Assembly: GCA_900770635.1 (NCBI GenBank)
Contig: CAAGLB010000078.1
Coordinates: forward strand, 59,857-123,856
Reading direction: 5' to 3'
DNA: 64,000 nucleotides
Source: an uncultured Alistipes sp.
Lineage (GTDB): Bacteria; Bacteroidota; Bacteroidia; Bacteroidales; Rikenellaceae
A program made the translations under genes and the position numbers. This document shows positions 9,090 through 19,440 of the stretch, piece after piece. Each line of letters opens with the position of its first letter. Position 1 is the stretch's first letter. The notes under the pieces were generated by a model. It did no database searches. It was not told the DNA's origin and was given only the letters and a program-made list of their open reading frames with translations.

Positions 9090-10895
9090 TCAAACGCTAC
9101 CATTTTCAACAATATTTCGGGCAACGACCTCCGAAAGGTCGACAACAGGGAGTTGTGACGCTCGGGCGATTGCCTTATTGCAGAGTGGGCACGACGTGAC
9201 AATCTCATCACACCCCGTAGCCTCGAGCTCGTGAGCAAGGCCCTGGGCGATGCGCAGCTGCTGGTGGTCATCAATAGTTGTATTGGCTAGCGACGAGCCG
9301 CAGCACAGGGCATCACGGCGACTATGCTTAGGCTCGACAAGGTGTCCCACGTTGGCAATAACACGACGTGGCTCGTCGTAGACTCCGCAGCCACGACCAA
9401 GTTCGCAGGGATCGTGATAAGTAAACAGGTGCTCCTCGGCACTCAGGCGAAGCCTACCCGCAGATACAAGGCGCTCGATATACTCGCTATGGTGCAGCAC
9501 CTCAACACCTTCGAGATGATAATACTCCTTAAAAACTCGCAGACATATTGGGCATGATGTCACGAGCGTAGTGATGTTGTGGCGACGAATAAGGTCGGTA
9601 TTATACGCCACCATCGTGCGTGCAGCATCTGTTTCGCCTGTGAGCATAAGTGGGCGGCCACAGCACACGCCACCATCTCTATCAGCATACCACACCTGCT
9701 CGCCAACAGCCGTAAATATCTTATCCATAGAGCGTTGCACAGCGGGCGTAAGCGATGTCATGCATCCTGCAAAGTAGCCCACACACCCCGAGCCCGACGA
9801 GCGGTCCAAGCCTCGAAGATAGCGATAGCGTCCCTCGTGCGGGATATTTCGGCGCATGGCACGTGAGTTTAGGCGCAACGTATTTAGATTGATGCCCACA
9901 GGACATATCTGCTCGCAGCGACCACACATAAGACAGTTGTTTGCCACCTTGAGGCTCAGCATGTTATAACGTCTATCACGCAAGAAATATACCGACTGGA
10001 CATCACGTATGCCGAGTTCTGATTGCAGCTGGCAAGGATCGATACATATACCGCAACGTGAGCATGCTTCAACCTCAAAGTTGTCATACGACGAGCGCTC
10101 GATAGATGGGCGCAGCTGCCAATGGCGCAGAAAGATAAGAGGTATCTCCGTGAATATGTGCATATAGCGAGAGAAGGGCATGGCAACAAAAAATAGGGCA
10201 AGAAGCGAAGAGTAGGCCCACCAAGCTGGATCGTAGGCGACATAAAGAGCATCTGCTGACAACACCTCGCCGAGCCAATGGCCAATAGTTCCCGTCAGGA
10301 AGCCACCACCGCCATACAGTGCCGCCGTGAGGCTTTCGGCAACAAGACGTGCGGGAAATATAAGCCACAAGGCCGACAGCGCCACCCTATCAAACAACAC
10401 ATGCTTTGTGGTTCGTCGCATGCCCAATGCCTTAGACCTCAGTCGCTTAAACCATGCAAGAGCAACACCCGACAAGACAACAAAAAGAAGTGCATCCATC
10501 AGGTGTTCGAACAAAAGTATATGATGGTCAAGGCCATTCAACGGCATGAAATATTTAAAGAACACATGACCTTGAAGAGGTACCCACACCACACCGAGAT
10601 ATGCGACAAGCTCAACGCACCCCACCACAATAAGCAAAAACCAACCGCAGGCCAACGAGGCGTGCATATATCCGAGCAACGGGTTGACACGAAATATCCG
10701 CACATGGAGCAACGACTCACGCACAACCTCCCACACAGCATCGAGCGTTGAGCGGCTGAAAAAATTGCGATAAATAAGCACCCTATCGACACGTTGTAGG
10801 CGCATAATCCAGAGCGTCCACTTAAACGCAACAACAAAAAAGAGGAAGGCACAACCCACAATAAAGGGTATGGTAAACGGAGCAAAAAATGTCAT
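9090..10895 (-). CDS. Fused membrane cytochrome-b (HdrE/DsrM/NarI-like) and HdrD/DsrK-like Fe-S subunit
   Basis: 601 aa. The N-terminus has 5-6 TM helices with conserved His pairs. Then two ferredoxin motifs (CSRCGICIDPC, CLMCGRCEQICP) and two CCG domains (VCCGRP, LCCGSS). Confidence 0.7.
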   Translation of the reverse strand: MTFFAPFTIPFIVGCAFLFFVVAFKWTLWIMRLQRVDRVLIYRNFFSRSTLDAVWEVVRESLLHVRIFRVNPLLGYMHASLACGWFLLIVVGCVELVAYLGVVWVPLQGHVFFKYFMPLNGLDHHILLFEHLMDALLFVVLSGVALAWFKRLRSKALGMRRTTKHVLFDRVALSALWLIFPARLVAESLTAALYGGGGFLTGTIGHWLGEVLSADALYVAYDPAWWAYSSLLALFFVAMPFSRYMHIFTEIPLIFLRHWQLRPSIERSSYDNFEVEACSRCGICIDPCQLQSELGIRDVQSVYFLRDRRYNMLSLKVANNCLMCGRCEQICPVGINLNTLRLNSRAMRRNIPHEGRYRYLRGLDRSSGSGCVGYFAGCMTSLTPAVQRSMDKIFTAVGEQVWYADRDGGVCCGRPLMLTGETDAARTMVAYNTDLIRRHNITTLVTSCPICLRVFKEYYHLEGVEVLHHSEYIERLVSAGRLRLSAEEHLFTYHDPCELGRGCGVYDEPRRVIANVGHLVEPKHSRRDALCCGSSLANTTIDDHQQLRIAQGLAHELEATGCDEIVTSCPLCNKAIARASQLPVVDLSEVVARNIVENGSV

Positions 10896-10906
10896 GATAG
10901 TGGTTA

Positions 10907-11242
10907 TTAGAAGTCGCCCAACTTACGTTTTATGAGCATGGCAAGACCTCGGGTGTTGATGCCTCGAGGGCATACCAATCGGCACTTGCCGCAGAGCATA
11001 CATTTGTTAAGCTCTTCGTATGCGCCACGATACTCGCCACGACGCACCAAAGTATGCAATCTTCGGAAGTTGAAGTCGACAAAAACACCCGCTGTACATG
11101 ATGCTGTGCACGAGCCACAACCAATGCATGCTTGAAGCTCGGGCATCTCTGCAACGATAGACACGCTCTTGCGTAAGTCATTATTATCAAGGTCGATAGC
11201 ACGTGGTCGGCTAATGACATATCCAAAGTTACTATTGCGCAT
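10907..11242 (-). CDS. Small 2x[4Fe-4S] ferredoxin-like protein
   Basis: 111 aa from ATG 11240-11242 (MRNSNFGY..). Motifs CIGCGSCTASC and CMLCGKCRLVCP. The longer upstream ORF extension overlaps the preceding gene and was trimmed. Confidence 0.6.
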   Translation of the reverse strand: MRNSNFGYVISRPRAIDLDNNDLRKSVSIVAEMPELQACIGCGSCTASCTAGVFVDFNFRRLHTLVRRGEYRGAYEELNKCMLCGKCRLVCPRGINTRGLAMLIKRKLGDF

Positions 11243-12257
11243 TGTTAAACTTTTTACGTAGATATTCGTCAACTGCCGATGCAGTGAGCGACGCCTCGGC
11301 AAGGGTGTCGGCAAGGCTCTTAGGCGCAGTGGCTGCACCAGCAAAAAATACCCCTTCATGCTCGCTACGCACCGAGCCAAGAAAGGCATCCTTAGCCTTG
11401 AAATAGCCGTTAGCCGACAGCCTAAGATTAGATCGCTCGGCCAACGCCTCATTCTCGTAGTTGGCGCACATGCCCACCAACAGAACAAGCATATCGACAC
11501 TCATGCGCAGCGGACGTCCCGTGAGCGTATCCTCGGCCTTAATCTGTATGCGCTCGTCGATGGTCTCGGCAGCCTCCGAGATGCGGCCACGCACAAAGTG
11601 GATGTTGTAGCACTCCTGGGCCACACGATATAGCTCCTCGTAGCCTGGGCCAAACATACGTATATCCATATAGAAGTTGAATATGTCGGCCGAGGGAAAC
11701 ATCTGTTTAAGCTCGATAGCCTGCTTCACGCCTGTTATGCAACACACCTTCGAGCAGTGACACTGCCCCACCTTCTCGTCACGTGAGCCCACACAGTGGA
11801 GTATGGCTATGCGTCGTGGCTCGGAGCCATCCGAAAGTAAGACGCTACCGCTGTTCATCATGCGTTCGAGATCTACCGAAGTGACAACATTGTTATATAG
11901 ACCGTAGCCATACTCCTGTTTGCGGTGAGCATCAAACAGCGTAAAGCCTGTGGCAACAACCACAGCATCGGCCATGACATGCTCGCCCGAGCGAAGTGTG
12001 ACACCATCGGGGGCTACGGCAACAACCTCCTGGCCATAGAAGCAACGTATGCGCTCGGCCTTAACACGCTCAGCCAACGGACGCAACACCTCGTCGGCAG
12101 GTGTGAACGTAGGAAAGAGCTTATGCCAGCCACGCACCTTGCCACCCAACACAACATCACGCTCGATAATCTGGGGCTCTATGCCTCGGCTTTTCAGTTC
12201 GAGGGCCGTCTGCATACCCGCAGGACCACCACCCACAACAACTACACGTCTTACCAT
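11232..12257 (-). CDS. HdrA-like FAD-dependent oxidoreductase (truncated HdrA/QmoA type)
   Basis: N-terminal Rossmann GGGPAGMQTA. The HdrA-type cluster signature C-x-G-x-R-D-x7-C-S-xx-C-C is present as HCVGSRDEKVGQCHCSKVCC. Confidence 0.7.
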   Translation of the reverse strand: MVRRVVVVGGGPAGMQTALELKSRGIEPQIIERDVVLGGKVRGWHKLFPTFTPADEVLRPLAERVKAERIRCFYGQEVVAVAPDGVTLRSGEHVMADAVVVATGFTLFDAHRKQEYGYGLYNNVVTSVDLERMMNSGSVLLSDGSEPRRIAILHCVGSRDEKVGQCHCSKVCCITGVKQAIELKQMFPSADIFNFYMDIRMFGPGYEELYRVAQECYNIHFVRGRISEAAETIDERIQIKAEDTLTGRPLRMSVDMLVLLVGMCANYENEALAERSNLRLSANGYFKAKDAFLGSVRSEHEGVFFAGAATAPKSLADTLAEASLTASAVDEYLRKKFNNAQ

Positions 12258-13348
12258 CTATCCAAATTCTCCTTCATTTCGTACAACGATCGCTGCTCAA
12301 CGCAGTTTACGGCCACCCTATCGGGGCAACCTATATACTTACCATCTTTACCCAGATACTTGGCGGCTGGATCATACTCTACACCCAACTTATCGAGCAG
12401 CGGCTCGACATCGACCTGATGAAACTGCATGCCCAAATCCCAAGGATCGTAGCCCAAGACAAGGCCCGCCATCTCCTCGTAGGTAAGCACAGGAATACCC
12501 TTGCCATCAGCGCCATACGTAGTGCCATCCATCTCGGCAATGGCATATTGCCACTTATCCAAAAACATGGCGCACCCAGGGCAGTTGGCAACAATAAAAT
12601 CGGGCTTATAGGGTGCCATGCTCTCGAGCTTCTTGTGTGAGTTTGCCACCGACGAACCACGATTGGCCTGCACCAGATAGTTGCGAAAACCAAAACCACA
12701 GCAGTGACGACGCTCGGGGTAGTCCACAACACTACCTCCCCACGACTCAATCATGCCAGCCAGAACATAGGGGAACTCCGAGCCACCAATGCCCGACTTA
12801 GGAAATATCTTGGCATAGTGGCAGCCTATATGCTCGACAACACGCAGCGGCTCGCCCGTATGCACATTCTGCAACATGCGCCGAGCCTTGCGAGCGATGG
12901 CCTCACGATGATAGAACATAATATCGGAGGTGTGGGCTATCGACCGAGGTTTTACCAACTCACGACCTGTCGCCTCCCTCAAATAACGGCGTGTGCGCTC
13001 CTCGGTTTCGGGAAACTCCTCCCACGTTGCAAGTATCTCGTTGTAGATGCCAAATGATGTTATGCACGACGACACAAAATTTTCGTAGCCCGCCTCGGCC
13101 ATAAGTGCAAATTGGCGTGCCACGACAGTCATTATCGTGGCCAGCGGAACAACGTCGCTATGATATCCGATGCCTGTGCACGAGGTGTGCAACGGATCGT
13201 CATATATATCCCTGCGAAGGTCGTTACGAAGAATATCTATAAAAGCACGCTCGCTGCCAGGAAAAAAGTTCTGGCGTATGCAGCTGCGTGCATAGTAGTA
13301 TCTATCATCAGCAATATCCTTCTGATACTCCTGCCATGATGCTCTCAT
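12251..13348 (-). CDS. HdrB-like subunit (CCG-domain protein)
   Basis: 365 aa with a CCG domain (RRHCCGFGF) and a Cys-rich N-terminal half. Coupled to the flanking genes by 4-7 nt overlaps. Confidence 0.6.
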   Translation of the reverse strand: MRASWQEYQKDIADDRYYYARSCIRQNFFPGSERAFIDILRNDLRRDIYDDPLHTSCTGIGYHSDVVPLATIMTVVARQFALMAEAGYENFVSSCITSFGIYNEILATWEEFPETEERTRRYLREATGRELVKPRSIAHTSDIMFYHREAIARKARRMLQNVHTGEPLRVVEHIGCHYAKIFPKSGIGGSEFPYVLAGMIESWGGSVVDYPERRHCCGFGFRNYLVQANRGSSVANSHKKLESMAPYKPDFIVANCPGCAMFLDKWQYAIAEMDGTTYGADGKGIPVLTYEEMAGLVLGYDPWDLGMQFHQVDVEPLLDKLGVEYDPAAKYLGKDGKYIGCPDRVAVNCVEQRSLYEMKENLDRW

Positions 13349-13352
13349 AGGC

Positions 13353-14048
13353 CTAATAGTGTGATTCTGAATTAAATGTATAGGTATGCATCATATACTC
13401 CTCTGTTGCGCCATCGTAGCCCATCTCACGGGCTTTGCGCTCGGAATAACGCTCAATAGTGTCGTAAAACTCCGCACCTCCCGACACTTCGAATATTCGG
13501 CGAATCTCAGCAATAGACTTCTCGTCGACACGGCGCAAAGCCCCAGCACCCTCCTTGCCATAACAATCTGAGAATCGGGAAAATATGTCGGCATCGTGCT
13601 CATATATCCACTCCCACACAGCACCCTGCTCGGGATGAAGCTCAGGACGTATGTTTAGGGGTGTTAGGCAGTAGCCCGTAGCGAGAATGTTGTCGCCAAT
13701 CATGCGTTTCAACGCCAGCTGCTGACGCCCCTTCTCGCTCTCGACAAAGAGGCCCAACCTTTGCGACAGTGTGCGTAGTGCCTGGATGACATATCCCGGA
13801 GTGTTGCCACGAGGACAACGTGGGCGGCACGACATACACTCGCCACAATACCAAATGGTGTCGCTGCGGAGCAACCGCTCGATCTCCTCGTCGTTGCGTG
13901 TCTGCACGATGGCCACAACCTGGCGAGGATCGTAATTGTAGAACTCGGCAGCGGGGCACACAGCCGTACATACGCCACAATTCATACAAGCTTTAAGGCC
14001 CTCGTGAAGGCGTACATCCTCGGCCAACATATCGAAATATTTACCCAT
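13353..14048 (-). CDS. HdrC-like 4Fe-4S dicluster subunit
   Basis: 231 aa. CMNCGVCTAVCP and CGECMSCRPRCP motifs. First gene of the operon. Confidence 0.65.
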   Translation of the reverse strand: MGKYFDMLAEDVRLHEGLKACMNCGVCTAVCPAAEFYNYDPRQVVAIVQTRNDEEIERLLRSDTIWYCGECMSCRPRCPRGNTPGYVIQALRTLSQRLGLFVESEKGRQQLALKRMIGDNILATGYCLTPLNIRPELHPEQGAVWEWIYEHDADIFSRFSDCYGKEGAGALRRVDEKSIAEIRRIFEVSGGAEFYDTIERYSERKAREMGYDGATEEYMMHTYTFNSESHY

Positions 14049-14071
14049 GTTTGCAACATTTTTCTCTGCGA

Positions 14072-14079
14072 CAAAGATA
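14072..14079 (-). promoter_or_regulatory. -7 motif (TATCTTTG on the minus strand) for the hdr-like operon
   Basis: CAAAGATA on the plus strand, 24 nt upstream of the HdrC-like start, matches TAnnTTTG. Confidence 0.4.
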
Positions 14080-14232
14080 TGTTTTTGACACTAAACCAAG
14101 GTTAGTATAAATGCGTATAATAGACAAAATTAGGTAAAAATACCTACACGTAAAAAGTTCAAATTTTAGCCACAAAACACAGAGCGTACTATTTTAATAA
14201 TGAAAAGTCGTAAATAATCCAAAAAAAATACA

Positions 14233-14240
14233 TATATTTG
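14233..14240 (+). promoter_or_regulatory. -7 motif TATATTTG for the lipoprotein operon
   Basis: TAnnTTTG match 40 nt upstream of the ATG at 14281, in the divergent AT-rich intergenic region. Confidence 0.4.
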
Positions 14241-14280
14241 TAACACATAAATAACTATTGTAAACAAGCAAACAACAATA

Positions 14281-15168
14281 ATGAAACACTTTTTCACAAA
14301 CCTACTTACGACACTTGCGCTGCTCATGGTGTTCATCATCATCGGCTGCGAAAAGGAGAAGCCCACATACGAAGGTCCTAACTTCGTGACATTCTCAAAG
14401 ACAAGCCACATGTTTGGCGTGCTGAGCGACGACGAGTGGTTCGAAGTTCCTGTGACAGCATCACACCCATCGGACAAGGATCGCAACGTTGGTGTCGAGG
14501 TGATTGTTTCGGAGAGTAGCGCTATCGAGGATATGCACTACACGATGGAGTCACACACGCTGACCATCAAGGCTGGCGAGCTCACCACCGCCGTGCGCAT
14601 AAAGGGCATTAGCGAGGCTATCACCCCCAACTACCCCGTCGAGATTAAGCTAAGCCTTGTGCTCGACGAGGAGGATATGCTCGATAGTTCCAACACCGTG
14701 ACAACGGTTGTTTTGCAGCGTTGCTGCCCCTTCGACATCAACAACTTTGCGGGCTATGCCGTACTCACGTCGACATGGTCGATGCAGTATATGAACGTAG
14801 ACTCACGCCTCGTACACACACATAGCGACACTGAGGAGGGCGTAATCGTCATCGAGGATATGTTTTATGAAAACTACGACATACGTGTAAAGCTACACAC
14901 CGACGATCGTCTTAATCCTATTGCCACCCTTGCAGGGGCACAGGTAGTGGGCTCTACGGGCGAGGCCTTCGGAACAATATATGGCAATGGCAAGCTGATG
15001 ATGGATGCACCCTCAGACAGCGTGTCATACTACAGCACATGCGAGCAGTTCTTGCTCCTCTACTCGGTTATGTATGTCGAGGAGGTGGGCACCGTAGGCG
15101 ATTATGTCAACATCCTCGAGTGGATCTCCGACGAGGAGGCCGAGCGCATAATGCGTGAAGGATTCTAA
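14281..15168 (+). CDS. Surface lipoprotein, function unknown
   Basis: Signal peptide plus lipobox (FIIIGC). First of eight same-strand genes. Confidence 0.6.
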   Translation: MKHFFTNLLTTLALLMVFIIIGCEKEKPTYEGPNFVTFSKTSHMFGVLSDDEWFEVPVTASHPSDKDRNVGVEVIVSESSAIEDMHYTMESHTLTIKAGELTTAVRIKGISEAITPNYPVEIKLSLVLDEEDMLDSSNTVTTVVLQRCCPFDINNFAGYAVLTSTWSMQYMNVDSRLVHTHSDTEEGVIVIEDMFYENYDIRVKLHTDDRLNPIATLAGAQVVGSTGEAFGTIYGNGKLMMDAPSDSVSYYSTCEQFLLLYSVMYVEEVGTVGDYVNILEWISDEEAERIMREGF

Positions 15169-15197
15169 ACTAACACCGAAAATAAAATAGTAGATAT

Positions 15198-16787
15198 ATG
15201 AAAAGAGCAACATTTAAGAGTATTATTGCACTTGCGCTATTAGCAATTTTTGGCGCATCGTGCAACAAGGAGGTGATAACCCCTATTCCGAATGTAATAG
15301 AGAAGGAGGTACGTGCTGGCGAGACTACGACAATCTCATTCTCTGTTACGGGCGACTGGTCATTGTCGTCAGACAAGGTATGGTGTAAGTTTGTGACCTC
15401 GGCTGGCATGCTTCAGGAGATGGCTGGTAGCTCGGGCAACCACACCATAACCCTCAAGATTAGTGACGAGAACAACAACAACCAGTGGAGCACAGCCAAC
15501 ATCGTAATGAAGAAAGATGGACAGAAGGGCATCATCGCCATCTTAAAGCGCCATCCTAAGGAGCTGTATCTTAAGCTATACGACATTACAGATACCCCTA
15601 TCAAGAGTTTCGAGCTCGGCTATCAGGACTGGATAACAACCCGCATCGAGGGCAACTTCCGCTATGCAGCAGTAGACTTCCCCAAGTGGATAGAGATAGC
15701 ATCGAAGAATGAGGCGGGCAAGATAGAGGTTGTAAACGCTATTACGGGTGTTCCTGGCGAGCAGACCGAGGTTTTGTTGCGCATAGTGAATGATGGTGAG
15801 CGTGAGAAAAATAAGTTCACCGAGAATGCTGGTCACAAAATTGTTCTTGCGGATGAGAAGCTCGAAAACACCTTTGAGTTCCCCATCATCTACGACGGCA
15901 TGGGCAAAGACCAACTTACGTTCGTAGGTCCTACCGAATACTATTTTGGTTGGGAGGTGTCACTCGACGGCAAGACCTTCCGCCAGACCGATCCAGTGAG
16001 TGGCGCTACAGTAGAATTCCCCGACGGCTTGGAATATACCATCACAGCGCAAGACGACGATTACGAGATCCTCTTCCTACATAATCTTATCGAGCGAGGC
16101 ATTCCCGAATACACCTTCTATCAAGAGACCGACACGAAATCGTGGATGAGCTTCGACAAGTCAACACAGACACTAACCATCAAAAAGCACTCGGGAGCAC
16201 CACGCTACGGCATGGTGATGGCATTGCCACGAACAATAAACGGCATGATACGAGGCGATTATTTGAAATATATCATCACCTTGGACTACTCGTCGGGAAT
16301 AGGCCTTCAGACCATCAGCGAGGACTACACAAAATACATTCTTGCCGAGTTTGTGCAGCACGACCTTGAGTCACAAGGCGAGTACAAGGGAATGTATGCC
16401 TACCACTCGATCACCACTCTCGAGATTCCATGCTTGCCACATAGCAACAAATCTCTTAGCGAGAAGTACGGCGTGGAGGATATTTACACCTGCGACTTCG
16501 TAAACTCTACGGAGGACAAGATCCCTGGCATCATCGTCGATCCACGCATCGAGAACTGGACAACCGACACCTTCGAGCAAGGCATAGCAAGTGTCGAGGT
16601 ATGGCATGGCAACAATCAGCTCACGATTGGCAAAAATGAGTACTACATAGGCGAGAACACCAACGAGAAGCTCGCAGTGCATCTTTGGGGCCCTAAGGAT
16701 GGCTGGAACAAGGAGAATGTGGTTATCGTCTTTAAGGTCGACAACGTAGCTAAGAAGCTATTGGTGGTGACACCTCCTGCATGTTAA
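15198..16787 (+). CDS. Surface lipoprotein with BACON-like N-terminal domain
   Basis: Lipobox GASC, then a BACON-like segment (TTTISFSVTGDWSLSSDKVWCKF). Confidence 0.6.
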   Translation: MKRATFKSIIALALLAIFGASCNKEVITPIPNVIEKEVRAGETTTISFSVTGDWSLSSDKVWCKFVTSAGMLQEMAGSSGNHTITLKISDENNNNQWSTANIVMKKDGQKGIIAILKRHPKELYLKLYDITDTPIKSFELGYQDWITTRIEGNFRYAAVDFPKWIEIASKNEAGKIEVVNAITGVPGEQTEVLLRIVNDGEREKNKFTENAGHKIVLADEKLENTFEFPIIYDGMGKDQLTFVGPTEYYFGWEVSLDGKTFRQTDPVSGATVEFPDGLEYTITAQDDDYEILFLHNLIERGIPEYTFYQETDTKSWMSFDKSTQTLTIKKHSGAPRYGMVMALPRTINGMIRGDYLKYIITLDYSSGIGLQTISEDYTKYILAEFVQHDLESQGEYKGMYAYHSITTLEIPCLPHSNKSLSEKYGVEDIYTCDFVNSTEDKIPGIIVDPRIENWTTDTFEQGIASVEVWHGNNQLTIGKNEYYIGENTNEKLAVHLWGPKDGWNKENVVIVFKVDNVAKKLLVVTPPAC

Positions 16788-16824
16788 TGGGCCTACGACA
16801 CCTTCACAAAACTGAGAGAAAAAG

Positions 16825-19440
16825 ATGAAAAACAGAGTTATACATTTATGGGGTGTTATGCTCGCTATTGCAGCCACCATGCTGTGTAGCTGCGAGAAGC
16901 AGAGCGAAAGCCTCGATGCGGAGTATGGCTACGTACAGTTCCGCATCATGAAGGAGGCACAGATGGACCTAAGCCGTGCTACGGATGCCTTGGAGTGGCT
17001 CTCGGAGGCGTCAAAAATTACGGTTGTATTGCAGCACGAGGGCTCGACAATTAGTCAAACGTTGCCGCTATCGAGCTACGACAAGCAGTCGGCAGAGTGG
17101 GGCTTGCAGAGCGAGAAGCTACGCCTGATGACAGGCACGTACAACATCATCGGCTACAAGATCTACGATAACCTCGACAACGAGATTTTGTCGGGTGACG
17201 ATGATGGCGAGTTCCGCATTGTGGCTGGTGGCCTCGAGATTAAGAAGATTGGCATCCCCGTTGTTGAACGAGGCATCGTGGGATTCGCCTTGCAGAAGGC
17301 ATTTCCCGCAACACGCTACGAGGCTGAGGGCAACTACCCATTTAGTAGCATCGCATCGATAGACATCACCGTGAAGAATAAGTTTACGAACGTGAGCACA
17401 ACCTTCGAGGCGATGCCTACGACATACTACGAAACATTTGTCGAGGGATCGTACGACGAGGAATTGTATGAGCGCAATGGCCGCTCGGCATATATGATTT
17501 GTCAGTCGCAGTATTGGTTGGAGGCGGGCAACTATGTTGTCACAAGCTACACCACATACTCCGATAGCAAGGGTAAAAGCCGCCTCGAAACAGCAACGAT
17601 TGGAGACCTCAAAACAGAGTTCTCGATTAAGGACAACGAGAGCACTATGGCCACCGTACCCATCATCCTGTCAACAACCTCGGAGCGAATCAAAGACTAT
17701 GAGGCGCTGCACGATATATGGATGGCACTCGATGGTCCCAACTGGACATTTCATGGCGAGGAGTACTTGGAGGGTGCCAACTGGGATTTCAACAAGGATA
17801 TCGACATGTGGGGCGAGCAGCCAGGCGTGACACTCAATGGCGAGGGCCGCATCGTCGGCCTCAACATTGCGGGATTCGGAGCTAAGGGCTTTGTGCCTGA
17901 GGCCATTGGCCAGCTCACAGAGCTTCAGACAGTCTACTTTGGTAACCACAACGAGCTTATTGGTGGCTACATCGACAGCGACAATGGCCGCATAAGCGCA
18001 CTCGACTACCACGAGCGAGTGATAAAGAGTGATGTGCGTCGCAGCCTCTCGCCCGAGCTTCAGCGTGCGATGATGACAAAGGAGGAAAGAGATGCACTAT
18101 ACAAGGCCGAGCGCAAGGATGTAGCCTTTGGCAACCTCACAAATGGCATCACAGGCATCTCACGAGCCATCATGCGCCTAACAAAGCTCGAGCAGTTCTT
18201 CATCGCCAATGCGCCTATCACGGCAGATGGCTTCTTCGTGGATGTTGACAATGAGTCGTCATACTATGCCGAGCAGGATGAGTGGAGCTGGAGCAACTTT
18301 GAGCTATTGATGGATGTTGAGATATACAACTGTCCTAACCTCGAGCGTCTGCCTATCGACTTTATCGCCAACCTACCAAAGATCCAGTCGCTCAACGTGG
18401 CGATGAACTACGGCATATCGGGCGAGCAGCTTAAAGAGGATTGGGAGGAAATCATCGATGGCGATGCGGGCGACGAGATTCAGATTCTCTATCTCAGCTA
18501 CAATAACCTACGTGAGACACCTTCGCACGAGTATATGAAGCGCATGACAAGACTCAGCTACTTGGACTGCACAACAAACAAGCTTGAAAAGGTCTATGCC
18601 CTGGGCAAGGAGATATCGCCAGCATCTGTCCTTCTGGACTATAATCAGATTAGCGAGATTGTTGTGCCCGAGGGCGGATACTTCTGTGGCATGAGCATGC
18701 TCGAGACATTCTCATGTTCGAACAACCGCCTCACAAAGCTACCCGACCTATTCTCGGCACGCTCGATATACACCATGCTCACCGCCGACTTCTCGTCGAA
18801 CAATATCTCGGAGTTGGAGAATGGCGACGAATGGCGAGGCATCAACACTGGCACACTCAACCTTGCCAACAACCGCCTAACGACGCTCCCCGAGCGCATA
18901 TTCGAGTCGGGATCTATTGTCGAGGTGTTGATGCTCAGTGCCAATGGCATGCGAACAATCGAGGAGGGAGCGCTCATTGGAACACATAGCGATGCGCTGA
19001 CAACCATCGACCTTAGCTTCAACCGCCTCACAAAGCTTCCAAAGGATGACCTCTCTGTGAGCAACCTACCCTATCTCTACGGTATCGACCTCTCGAATAA
19101 TGCCCTTACGGAGTTCCCTCGTGAGCTTCTCGAGATTGAAACACTCACCGTGATAAGCATCCGTCAGCAGCGTGACGACAGTGGCAACCGCACATTCAGC
19201 GACTGGCCAACAGGCATCGGTAAACACCCAAAGATGGCGGCCTTATACATGGGTTCGAATGACCTTGGCGTGATTGACGACGTCATCTCGCCTTACATCC
19301 TACTCTTCGAGATTAAGGACAACCCAAACATCTCGATAGATGTGTCGAACGTATGTCCATACATCGAGAAGGGATACTACGAGCTTATCTACGACTCGAC
19401 ACAGAATATTCGTGGTTGCGATGCACTAAACCTTGACTAA
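16825..19440 (+). CDS. Leucine-rich-repeat (LRR) surface lipoprotein
   Basis: 871 aa, lipobox MLCSC. The C-terminal half has many LxxLxLxxNxLxxLP repeats (LSYNNLRETP, LDYNQISEI, CSNNRLTKLPD, LANNRLTTLPE, LSFNRLTKLP, LSNNALTEFP). Confidence 0.7.
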   Translation: MKNRVIHLWGVMLAIAATMLCSCEKQSESLDAEYGYVQFRIMKEAQMDLSRATDALEWLSEASKITVVLQHEGSTISQTLPLSSYDKQSAEWGLQSEKLRLMTGTYNIIGYKIYDNLDNEILSGDDDGEFRIVAGGLEIKKIGIPVVERGIVGFALQKAFPATRYEAEGNYPFSSIASIDITVKNKFTNVSTTFEAMPTTYYETFVEGSYDEELYERNGRSAYMICQSQYWLEAGNYVVTSYTTYSDSKGKSRLETATIGDLKTEFSIKDNESTMATVPIILSTTSERIKDYEALHDIWMALDGPNWTFHGEEYLEGANWDFNKDIDMWGEQPGVTLNGEGRIVGLNIAGFGAKGFVPEAIGQLTELQTVYFGNHNELIGGYIDSDNGRISALDYHERVIKSDVRRSLSPELQRAMMTKEERDALYKAERKDVAFGNLTNGITGISRAIMRLTKLEQFFIANAPITADGFFVDVDNESSYYAEQDEWSWSNFELLMDVEIYNCPNLERLPIDFIANLPKIQSLNVAMNYGISGEQLKEDWEEIIDGDAGDEIQILYLSYNNLRETPSHEYMKRMTRLSYLDCTTNKLEKVYALGKEISPASVLLDYNQISEIVVPEGGYFCGMSMLETFSCSNNRLTKLPDLFSARSIYTMLTADFSSNNISELENGDEWRGINTGTLNLANNRLTTLPERIFESGSIVEVLMLSANGMRTIEEGALIGTHSDALTTIDLSFNRLTKLPKDDLSVSNLPYLYGIDLSNNALTEFPRELLEIETLTVISIRQQRDDSGNRTFSDWPTGIGKHPKMAALYMGSNDLGVIDDVISPYILLFEIKDNPNISIDVSNVCPYIEKGYYELIYDSTQNIRGCDALNLD

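Noticed and set aside
10907-11500. Long form (197 aa) of the small ferredoxin ORF
   Set aside because: The upstream 86 codons overlap the 3' end of the HdrA-like gene in another frame and are Arg/Leu-rich. The ferredoxin most plausibly starts at MRNSNFGY (11242).
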